Positions 9,141 to 18,300 of a DNA stretch of 64,000 nucleotides are shown here, in pieces. The notes under the pieces are model-generated. The model saw nothing but the letters and a program-made list of their open reading frames with translations, was not told the DNA's origin and did no database searches. Position numbers and translations under genes: made by a program. Positions within the stretch are counted from its first letter, which is position 1. Each line of letters starts with the position of its first letter. The DNA is from an uncultured archaeon (GTDB lineage: Archaea; Asgardarchaeota; Thorarchaeia; Thorarchaeales; Thorarchaeaceae): the NCBI GenBank assembly GCA_964558645.1, contig CAZLEV010000007.1, positions 64,001 through 128,000 of the forward strand, given 5' to 3'.

Positions 9141-10118
9141 TCAGTCCGCTTGCGGACTCTTGACGATCTCATTGAATCGAGTTTCAGAAATGTTTCCACC
9201 GCTAATGACAATAACACTCTTCTTCTCATGGAACAACTCGGGCTCTTCGAGCACGAGTCCTACGCCTGTGGCTCCAGCGCCTTCCACAACCTCCCCCTTT
9301 TCGGACCAGAGGAGTCTCATTGCCTCCTTCACTGAGTGCTCACTTACTACTAGTATGTCATCAACACATTCTAGTATCACATCTAGGGTCTTGGAGTCCT
9401 TTTCTACGCCACCTAGAAATGCTTCTGCCATAGTCTCGAACTCCTCAACCTCGACAACTTCTCTGGCTCTGAACGAATGATACATCGTCGAAGCTCCCGG
9501 CGTTACAACTCCAAGAATCTCTGCTGAGGGGTTCAGATCCTTGATGCCTCTCGATATCCCTGCAATCAGCCCGCCGCCTCCGACCGGCACAATAACTAGG
9601 TCGTATTCTCTTACCCCCTCATTGATTTCAAGAGCAATAGTGCCCTGTCCAGCCATCACTTCATAGTCGTTGTATGGACTTACGTATACTCTGTCTTGCT
9701 TCTTAGAAAACTCCTGTGCCGCTGATTCGACCTCGTCATATCCACCACTCTGTATTATATTGACATCATACTCTCTCAGTCGTTGAAGCTTAGTGGCGGT
9801 GACATTGTCTGGCAGGAAGATCGTTGCGGGAATCTCGAGGACTCGTGACGCAAATGCTACTCCCAGACCGTGATTGCCCGATGAGGCTGTCACAACCCCT
9901 CTCTGTTTCTCTTCTGGCGTGAGCTGTGCCATCTTATTCAGTGCCCCCCGCACTTTGAACGAATTTGTGAACTGCCGGTTCTCTAGCTTGAGAAAGACTT
10001 CGCTCTGAAAGGTCTCGCTGAGTCTCTCCGAGTACTCTAAGGGCGTCTTCTTGATGTATCGACCGACTCTATGATGTGCCTCACGGATGTCTTGGAGTCC
10101 AAACATGTCATTCATCAC
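9141..10118 (-). CDS. PLP-dependent threonine/serine ammonia-lyase (short form, no ACT domain)
   Basis: FLKLENRQFTNSFKVRGA (PLP lysine), TASSGNHG, VPVGGGGLIAG, ISGGN. Confidence 0.88.
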   Translation of the reverse strand: MMNDMFGLQDIREAHHRVGRYIKKTPLEYSERLSETFQSEVFLKLENRQFTNSFKVRGALNKMAQLTPEEKQRGVVTASSGNHGLGVAFASRVLEIPATIFLPDNVTATKLQRLREYDVNIIQSGGYDEVESAAQEFSKKQDRVYVSPYNDYEVMAGQGTIALEINEGVREYDLVIVPVGGGGLIAGISRGIKDLNPSAEILGVVTPGASTMYHSFRAREVVEVEEFETMAEAFLGGVEKDSKTLDVILECVDDILVVSEHSVKEAMRLLWSEKGEVVEGAGATGVGLVLEEPELFHEKKSVIVISGGNISETRFNEIVKSPQAD

Positions 10119-10157
10119 AAAGCCACCGACTCTCTTGGAGGATTAGATATTCTGCTG

Positions 10158-12023
10158 TCACAACGTTTCTAGGTGTTCCTTGATGCAGTCCTCGGAGTTG
10201 TCAGCCCTGACGAAGACCGGAACATTGTCAAGGCCTGTGGCTATATAGCTTGACAACAGCCACGAGCCGGGAGGAAACTCAAGGGTCTTGTCGAGAATGC
10301 TCAGATCGATTTGAAATGAACTGCTAACCACCGTTCTATCATATGGTCTCGGCAATGTTCCAACAAAGAAGGTGTGGAGTTGTTGCATGATGTTGGTGTT
10401 TAGGTAGGCTATCCGCTGTGTAGCAATAGCTCCCCCGAGACCGTATTTCCGTCCTTGTCGGAGTAATCTCTCGACGGATGATGAACATCGGTCGAGTAAC
10501 CCTGATGCCTTGGACGGGATGAACTCTTGGGCCTCGTCAAAGACAAAGAGAATTTGAGGTTTTATCTCAAAGCTCCGCTTGCGATATCTAAGGGCTGCTC
10601 CAGTGAGGTTGATGACGAGCTCTCGTAGGATGTCTGGGTCAGCAATCGAAATGCAGATGACGCGTTCTGGCCCACTGAACATGCGAAGTATGTCCTTTAC
10701 AGTTATTCCGGAGCTTGTGGCCTGCTCACCGCGTGCGATTGTTGCCTTCAGGCTATCTCTGGTCGTGGCCCAAGCATAGACTGTTGATCGGTCGCTGACT
10801 TTGAATCGCTCTACTGCGTTTTGTGCGCTTGCTGCAAAATCGTCGACAAACCCCTTATCAATAACCTCGTTCTGACTCTTGTCTGCCATTTCCATCCAGC
10901 CAACCACAAAATCTGTGACTTCGTCCAGTGCCTGGATATAGTTGGGGCGGCCGGTGCTGTCGGACCTTAGAGTCGAAATCTCGCCTAGTATCGATGAATA
11001 TGTTGGTATCTGGGTTTGAGGTCTGTTGAAAAACGTGACAATCCCTTTGTCATAGAGACCCTCCAAAGCCTTGTTCGCCCGTTTATCCTCCTCGAAGTCC
11101 CTCGGCTTGACAATCGCTCTTGAGAAGTGTTCTGCAGTCTTGGCTTCTTCTTCTAGGATGATCTTCGACTTGATAGAGTCGTCAGCGAATACATCTGCGA
11201 GAAGGAATGGGTATTCACAGCTGATGTCAAACAAGACAAGCTTGGTGTCGTCTGTGTGATAGAGTATACGCCTGAAGAGATTCGACAGAAGATTGCTCTT
11301 GCCCCCGCCGGTGAAGGAGAAGACACCGAAGTGGTAGCGGATGAGCTTGTAGAGGTCAACATAGACTGGCACTTCTGCATCTGACTCCATGAACATCCGC
11401 AAGATGCCAACTCGAGGATCCTTGGTAGGATCTGCAGTGGAGGTCTTTCTCTTAACGCCTAAAGCCTGCTTCACTTTCGAGTTGTATATCTCATCGACAG
11501 TCTCCATGTTGATGACATGAACTTTCGAACCAATCAGCGGATACGAGAATCCCTTTCTGAATTCAACTTCACCATCTTTATCGATAACCAGGTCGTAGTT
11601 GATAGGAATCGCGGTCATATGGACCATCATGGTTGATTGGTCGTCAGTGCTCCAGTCCGGAACAGCCTGTTCGATGATTTCCATCTGCAATGGAAAGTAA
11701 TGACTATCACTAACGCCACCAAGACCGTAGTGCAGCGGCCAGACCTTAGAGATGACCATGACTGTGTACCTGTCGATGTTCTCTCTCTCGGACTTCTTTG
11801 ACTGTCCCCTGAAGTTCTTCACTGCGAGCATCATTCCCTCTTCTAGCTGTGCCATCAGCTCCTTGTGATACCGTATCTTGATTCTGCAGTCGTACCTCGC
11901 AGCGGACCCCGCCCATTCTGAGGTGTAGTTTGCAGCCACAGGTATAACTCTGGCAAGAACGCCGTCGAATGTTCCATCAAAATCTGTGAATAGATGCTTA
12001 GGTATGTCTCCTTGTTTGCTCAA
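10158..12023 (-). CDS. herA: HerA/FtsK-family ATPase (DUF87), HerA-like DNA translocase
   Basis: Walker A FSFTGGGKS, Walker B FVFDEAQ, RQGRKYG arginine finger, ATQR, N-terminal HAS-barrel-like region. GGAGG precedes the TTG; overlaps the upstream nurA-like gene by 26 nt. Confidence 0.85.
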   Translation of the reverse strand: MSKQGDIPKHLFTDFDGTFDGVLARVIPVAANYTSEWAGSAARYDCRIKIRYHKELMAQLEEGMMLAVKNFRGQSKKSERENIDRYTVMVISKVWPLHYGLGGVSDSHYFPLQMEIIEQAVPDWSTDDQSTMMVHMTAIPINYDLVIDKDGEVEFRKGFSYPLIGSKVHVINMETVDEIYNSKVKQALGVKRKTSTADPTKDPRVGILRMFMESDAEVPVYVDLYKLIRYHFGVFSFTGGGKSNLLSNLFRRILYHTDDTKLVLFDISCEYPFLLADVFADDSIKSKIILEEEAKTAEHFSRAIVKPRDFEEDKRANKALEGLYDKGIVTFFNRPQTQIPTYSSILGEISTLRSDSTGRPNYIQALDEVTDFVVGWMEMADKSQNEVIDKGFVDDFAASAQNAVERFKVSDRSTVYAWATTRDSLKATIARGEQATSSGITVKDILRMFSGPERVICISIADPDILRELVINLTGAALRYRKRSFEIKPQILFVFDEAQEFIPSKASGLLDRCSSSVERLLRQGRKYGLGGAIATQRIAYLNTNIMQQLHTFFVGTLPRPYDRTVVSSSFQIDLSILDKTLEFPPGSWLLSSYIATGLDNVPVFVRADNSEDCIKEHLETL

Positions 12024-13917
12024 TATCTGACCTCCTCTCTCGAAATGTGCTTAAGTAGAATATGAATTCACGAAGCTCTGGTCGGTTGACAAGCCAGCTC
12101 CCTGCGCTTGTTACCATCGAGTTGAACTGATTGAAATAGAATTTGGCCACCTTGTCAGCAACGTATAATGGTCTAATATGGCCGAACAGCTCGGGGATGC
12201 TGGGGCTTGTCATCTTCGTGAACAACTGCATGATGAATCTCTGAATAGGGTTGTCTTTCCCGTTATAGAATATGGCGTCGACCAGCTCGGGTTCCTCTGG
12301 CCGCCCTCCGTAATCGTGCTTGAGGTTGACTATACACTCTTTTCGATCATCGAATCCTGGGTGTGCAAGACGGTCATAGAGTAGCACATTACTTCTCAGT
12401 TTTGGATCAGTCTTTGCTTCTGATAGTTGGAAATAGGATTTGAGAAACATCTTATTCAGGGATATCTGATTTCTCCTCGCTCCAGACACGAGCTTCTCGC
12501 GGCCCTCTAGGTGTGGAACTATGGTCTTGAACGCCGTATCGTATTCAGCAGTGGCCCATGGAACCTCTAGCCTATCTCGCTCCTTAAGCGAAACCCACTG
12601 CAGTATCATTCTGTCTGTATCTGGTACATCGACTCCGGTATCCTGGAAGCCTCCACTGAACTCCTTTGCATGATTCAGCACCGGAAGTAGCTGGCGTTTC
12701 AGGTCTCTGGCCGAGGTGTCCTTTGCCACTCCAATCAGTAGCTTGTGCTTCTGCCAGCACTTCATTGCCACCAAGTTCAAACATACAAGGCTTAGGAATG
12801 CCAGGTCGTTCGTCGTGAGCCAGCGAGAATCGATCTTGAACCTGTCTTCGAATGAAACATCAGGGTCCTCGGAGAAGATTCTCTCACAGATGTCAAAGAC
12901 AAGCCTTTCTAGTCTAGGTAGCAGGTCGTGCATCGAAGGGACCACCGTGAAGTGTTTCCCTTTTCGTCGTATGACAGCCTTCGCCTCGCGTTTCCCCTTC
13001 ATACCCGTTTCCAGTTCCTTGTCTAACCTCTCAAGCTGGTGATTGGTTGTGACTCCCAGTCTGGCTGCAATCTCTTCTCTGTCCAGACCTGTGGGGTACT
13101 CCTTGGTGAGCTCCACAACAATTCTTGGGAGAAGGTATTCTCCCCTTGCTGGGGGAATCTGCAGTTCTTGATTTCCAAAGAGCTTCCTGGCATAGACCCA
13201 ATCGGTCTTGGAGAATCTCTCTCCCTCTAGTTTGTATCCGATGAGACCACATTCTTTGTCGAGATTGACACGGAAGTCAGAGGTCTCAGCGTAGAAGGAG
13301 CTTAGCTCCGAAGAGAGCATACGGTCCATCAGCAGAATGTCAACATCACATGGCTCGCTGACAAGCTTGAGAGCAAGATAGAACTCCGCAAGCCCCATCA
13401 TATAGTCTGCAAAGGCTGAGTTGTCGATGATCCAGCTGTCCGTCTGACTGATCATCTCATCCACAGCGCCTTGCTCATCTCGTATGAGAACTGTCTGGTC
13501 GATGTATGGCACCTCGTTGATGTAGACCGGCAGAACGGAGGATATCCCGAGGCCACTGTCGGTGAACTTCTCCTCATAGACCAAATCAAACTCCCCGTTG
13601 TCTTGTATCACCATTTCGCCCCTGTGGGCATAGGCCCCTGCAAAGAATATCAGAAGATCGAAGACTGCGTGTTTGCAGACAGTTCCATCGATACCTGCAA
13701 ATGACGGCGTCCGTTTACCAAAAAAATCATCCACGAAAGACAGGTCCAACGTGTCCTCGTTGTATGAATGCATGAGTTGTGAGAGAAATGCATCGTAGCT
13801 TCCTTCCAGAGCCTCGAACCGAGTCTTGTATGATGACACCTGCTCTTTGGCTCCTCCGATGAGGAGATCTCCTGTCCTCTTCAGACGCCTACCGATTTTC
13901 GACCCATCTTCATTCAA
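11998..13917 (-). CDS. nurA: Enlarged NurA-family nuclease (RNase H-like fold) with an internal HTH-like insertion
   Basis: FAGIDGT, AEFYLA, LLMDR, IGVAKD and GHIRPLYVADKVAK correspond to NurA motifs. Coupled to the herA-like gene. Confidence 0.75.
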   Translation of the reverse strand: MNEDGSKIGRRLKRTGDLLIGGAKEQVSSYKTRFEALEGSYDAFLSQLMHSYNEDTLDLSFVDDFFGKRTPSFAGIDGTVCKHAVFDLLIFFAGAYAHRGEMVIQDNGEFDLVYEEKFTDSGLGISSVLPVYINEVPYIDQTVLIRDEQGAVDEMISQTDSWIIDNSAFADYMMGLAEFYLALKLVSEPCDVDILLMDRMLSSELSSFYAETSDFRVNLDKECGLIGYKLEGERFSKTDWVYARKLFGNQELQIPPARGEYLLPRIVVELTKEYPTGLDREEIAARLGVTTNHQLERLDKELETGMKGKREAKAVIRRKGKHFTVVPSMHDLLPRLERLVFDICERIFSEDPDVSFEDRFKIDSRWLTTNDLAFLSLVCLNLVAMKCWQKHKLLIGVAKDTSARDLKRQLLPVLNHAKEFSGGFQDTGVDVPDTDRMILQWVSLKERDRLEVPWATAEYDTAFKTIVPHLEGREKLVSGARRNQISLNKMFLKSYFQLSEAKTDPKLRSNVLLYDRLAHPGFDDRKECIVNLKHDYGGRPEEPELVDAIFYNGKDNPIQRFIMQLFTKMTSPSIPELFGHIRPLYVADKVAKFYFNQFNSMVTSAGSWLVNRPELREFIFYLSTFRERRSDIEQTRRHT

Positions 13918-13989
13918 CTATGCTTAGCCACGCCCCGTAATGTGTAAGCAACATGGCATAATAAGAAGATATCTCGGAAGTGCCGAGTG

Positions 13990-15246
13990 TCATCTGTCTT
14001 CTCGTCTAGACATTCTCATCGTCTTCAGAGCTACTGCGAGTGGAATCAACGCGATTATACCAAGGGATCCTGCTATCATGAAGAGCATTCTCAGACTGCC
14101 TGTGACGGTCCATATCCACGCCCCTACATTCGCGGCAAAAAGGCCAGTAGAAGACATTATGATCTGGTAGGTGCTGAGAGCTCTCCCTTGATGCTCCTCT
14201 CTTACACCTTGGACTACAAGCGTACGTTCAGCTCCAATCCACAACATCACTGGAAAGGCCCATGCAGCATTGATGGCTATGAGGAGAGGAACACCATTTC
14301 CCAGAGCCAGCAGCCACATGATAGTGGCGTTTCCTGCAAGCCCGATGACAAGCGCACCACGCTTCTTTCTGTCGGCCAGCCCTGATATGTTGTACATGAC
14401 CAGTAGTGAAGTCAGAGCGAAAGCACTGTGGGTGAAGGCATAGATAGATGGTTCTATTCCCCATTCCCCAACGCAGAGGTTTCCTAGGTAGTAGAATGCC
14501 ATGTTCCAGGTGAATGCAAATACCAACATTCCACCAATCAGCTTCCAGAAATCGCCACCAAGTTCTCTTATGGGGACTTTTACACCTTCTCGGGCTCTCT
14601 GCTGTATTTCATTTGGAAGACTCTCTCTTAGTCCCAGAGCTGTGGTGATCAGTGCAGTAGCCGACCCAATAGCACCTATCAGGAGTAGCGTTCTAGCTTC
14701 TATCTGAAAATTGAGGAGTATACCTGCTAGCACAGGTGTTATCCCATCAACCAACAGAGCTGGTAGGAGAACCATTGTGAACCGTCGGGCGGAGTTTGCA
14801 CCTCCGTCAGCTGCAATCTCGTCGGCTGGGATGGCACGAGATATGATCAGAACAAAGCTCCACCCGAACTGAACGATTCCGTACGAGAGAGGGATGAGAG
14901 GCCAAACCGGAAAAGAATAGAGCATGAAGAGCCCAAGGGTGATTGGCAAGAATGACATGAGCATGGTACGACGTCTACCTATCATGTCCGAAACCATGCC
15001 CGAAACTGGATAGCCTAGTATTGCAACAAAGAGGCCTATCGTGATGTTTAGGCCTATCTGCCATGGCTGGAGAATCTCTTCCAGAAAAATCGTGAACTGC
15101 CAAGCCCATACACTGATGGAGAACTGCGCAACACCAGTCACAATTGCCAGTCTCCAGAGATTGGGACTCAGTCCCAGAAACGACTGGGCAGGTGACAATC
15201 CATCGAGTCCAGTTATTCCCGGTCGATGCATGGTTCTTACGGCCAA
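13990..15246 (-). CDS. MFS transporter
   Basis: About 12 TM segments; GMVSDMIGRR motif A; EEHQGRALS. Confidence 0.9.
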   Translation of the reverse strand: MAVRTMHRPGITGLDGLSPAQSFLGLSPNLWRLAIVTGVAQFSISVWAWQFTIFLEEILQPWQIGLNITIGLFVAILGYPVSGMVSDMIGRRRTMLMSFLPITLGLFMLYSFPVWPLIPLSYGIVQFGWSFVLIISRAIPADEIAADGGANSARRFTMVLLPALLVDGITPVLAGILLNFQIEARTLLLIGAIGSATALITTALGLRESLPNEIQQRAREGVKVPIRELGGDFWKLIGGMLVFAFTWNMAFYYLGNLCVGEWGIEPSIYAFTHSAFALTSLLVMYNISGLADRKKRGALVIGLAGNATIMWLLALGNGVPLLIAINAAWAFPVMLWIGAERTLVVQGVREEHQGRALSTYQIIMSSTGLFAANVGAWIWTVTGSLRMLFMIAGSLGIIALIPLAVALKTMRMSRREDR

Positions 15247-15356
15247 TTCCCTGCTTCATGTAAACCTCTTAAATCGGTATCCGTATACGCGACTCTCTCT
15301 GAACGAGCTTTGGAGTACCTCGAACCCCTCTTTGGAGGGCATTCCTCGCAATCACA

Positions 15357-18300
15357 TCACGATTTCCTTTTGAAGCGGAAAACGTACAGGAGCAAGACAA
15401 CAACTGCAGCTCCTGCACCTGCTATGAGTAAAACCAGTGATAGCAGAGGATCCATGACCGGTTCTGTTGCTGTCGTAGTCGTGGTGGTGGTTGTGGTAGA
15501 AGATGTGGTTGTGCTAGTAGTTGTGGTTATGGTAGATGAGAGCACAGTCACGAAGACGGTGTCACTATTGCTATTTCCTGAGGTGTCGTAGACCACGAGG
15601 GTGTAGTTGTAAATGCCCAGAGTCAATCCATCGACGCTAACTAGTATTTCAGAACCATTCCACTCATCGGAATAGCTCAATGAGCCATTCACATACAACT
15701 CATACCTGTCAGGGTACAAATCGGACCCACTCCAAGTAATATTGTGGCCTGAGGTGCCTTCTTCATACTGAATATCCTCAGGGCTATCTACAGTTGGCGG
15801 AGTGGTGTCTACCACTGAAACGAACACAGTGTCGCTGCTCCAGTTCTCAGAAGTGTCGTACACCATAATCGTGTAGTTGTAAGCGCCCAGAGTCAATCCA
15901 TCGACACTGACCGCTATTGCAGTTCCAGTCCAATCATCAGAACAAATCAGCGAACCATTTCTGTACAACTCGTACCTATCAGGATACAGGTCGGAGGGGC
16001 TCCAGGTGATGGTGTGTCCGGTGGTGCCCTCCTCGTACCCGATGTCCTCGGGATAGTCTATCGTAGGAGAAGCAGTATCCACTACGGTCACGAAGACAGT
16101 GTCACTGTTGCCGTTATCAGAGGTGTCATACACCACAAGGGTGTAGCTGTAAGCACCTAGATCCAGACCGTCAACATCAGCGAGTATTGGAGAGCCATCC
16201 CAGTCACCTTCGTCTATCAAAGACCCATTCCTGTGCAACTCATACCTGTCAGGATACAGGTCGGACGGGCTCCAAGTGATGATGTGACCTGTCGTTCCAG
16301 CTTCATACTCCATATCCTCAGGGTTGTCAATCATCGGCTCAGTGGTATCCACCACTGTCACGAACACGCTGTCACTAACCCAGTTATCAGAGGTGTCGTA
16401 CACCACAATCGTGTAGTTGTAGGAGCCGACGGACAGGTTATCCACATCGACTAGTATCTCCGAGCCAGACCAATCGTCAGAATCGATGAGAATACCGTTC
16501 CTGTAGACCTCGTAGCGATCCGGGTTTGTGTCATATGGGCTCCATGCAATACTATGACCAGTGGCGCCAGCCTCATAGTCGATGTCCTCCGGGCTGTCCA
16601 TGATTGGCGGAGTTCCAGCACATTTGACTGGATAGCGGTCAATGCTCCCGGCTACTCCTTCTATGATGTAAGTCCCCGTACCGACATAGTCCCCCCAGCA
16701 GTTGCCCGTAGACTCACCATCATCCCAGTTGTTGTCACTCCCATCATCTCTGGCATTAATCACACCATTGCCCCAAATCCGATTGTAGTTGACTGTGTTC
16801 TGAGAGCTCCCAGGGTCTATATAGATGCCATATTGCCAGTTGTTCATGGCAGTATTGTTCGTTAGAACACTGTTGGAGAACGAAGACAGCCAGAAACCTA
16901 CGTTTGAGTTGTTGCTTGCTGTGTTGTTGGTGAGGGTGCATGACCAAGAAGAAGACAGATAGAATCCGTAAGAGTTGCTACTTGCGTTGTTGTTCGTGAG
17001 GGTGCATGATTCCGAAAACCATAGGTAGAACCCAAACAAGCTGTTGGTAGCAGTGTTGTTCGTCAGATTGCAGTGAGGGGAGTATGCCAGCTGAATCCCA
17101 ATGGGCACGTTGGTAAAGACCCCATTTCTGACTGTAACGCCTGAGCAGTTGACAAGGATAATCTGTGCATACTGAAACCCGTCAATGTTTCCACTCGTGA
17201 GGTTTGCAGAGTACCCCAGTGGTCTTCCATCAATCATGTTTCCGATGATATCGTGGAACCAATGAAACATTGTTGATCCGCGGATGAATACACCATTGCC
17301 AACAAGTGTGCTATTCCTCAAGACACACGAGCTCGAATAATACAGACAGAAGCCATAATCCAAGTTGCTTGTTGCTGTGTTGTTCATCAATGTGCAAGAA
17401 TCTGAATGGTGCAGATAGAAGCCATGACGCGAGTTGCTTGTCGCTGTGTTGTTCATCAGAGCACTGTTGGATGAAGAAGATAGTATGAACCCGTCACCTG
17501 AGTTATCACTGGCGTTGTTATGCTTCAGAGTGCATGAGTTCGACTTTAATAGGTAAAACCCATATCCTGAGTTACCGTGAGCCGTGTTGTTCGTCAGGGT
17601 GCTTAACTCCGAGAGATAGACATAGAGCCCAATCCCTGAGTTCCCGTAAGCTGTGTTGTTCGTCAGAATACTTGACCCCGAGGAATACACAAGGAGCCCA
17701 ATCCCTAGGTTACCGTAGGCTGTGTTGTTCGTCAGAATACTTGACGCCGAGGAATACACAAGGAGCCCAATCCCTAGGTTACCGTAGGCTGTGTTGTCTG
17801 TAAGAGTGCTGTTGGCTGAAGAATTCAAGCAGAATCCATGCTCTGAATTGGTGGAGGCGATGTTGCCTGTCAGGGCGCAGTTGGCTGAAGAATTCAAGTA
17901 AAACCCAGACCCTGAGTTGTCCATGGCTGTATTGTTCATGAGTGTGCTTCCACCAGAATCACGCAGCCAGAATCCAGAGTATGAGCTGCTGCTTGCGGTA
18001 TTGCCAATCAAGGTGCCATAAGCAGAGCTTTCCAGACGGAAACCGTAGTCCAAGTTGCTCCTGGCATAGTTGTCGGTCAACGTGCATGACTCTGAATCAA
18101 ACAAGTAGAAACCGTCTCTTGAGTTCTTGCTGGCATTGTTATTCGTCAGCGTGCATGATGCTGAATTACTCAGATAGAACCCAATTTCTGAGTTGCTTTC
18201 GGCACTGTTGTTTGCGAGCGTGCATGATCCTGAAGAAACGAGGTATAAACCACACTCTGAGTTCGTTTTAGCGGTGTTGTTTATCAGCATGCATGAACCT

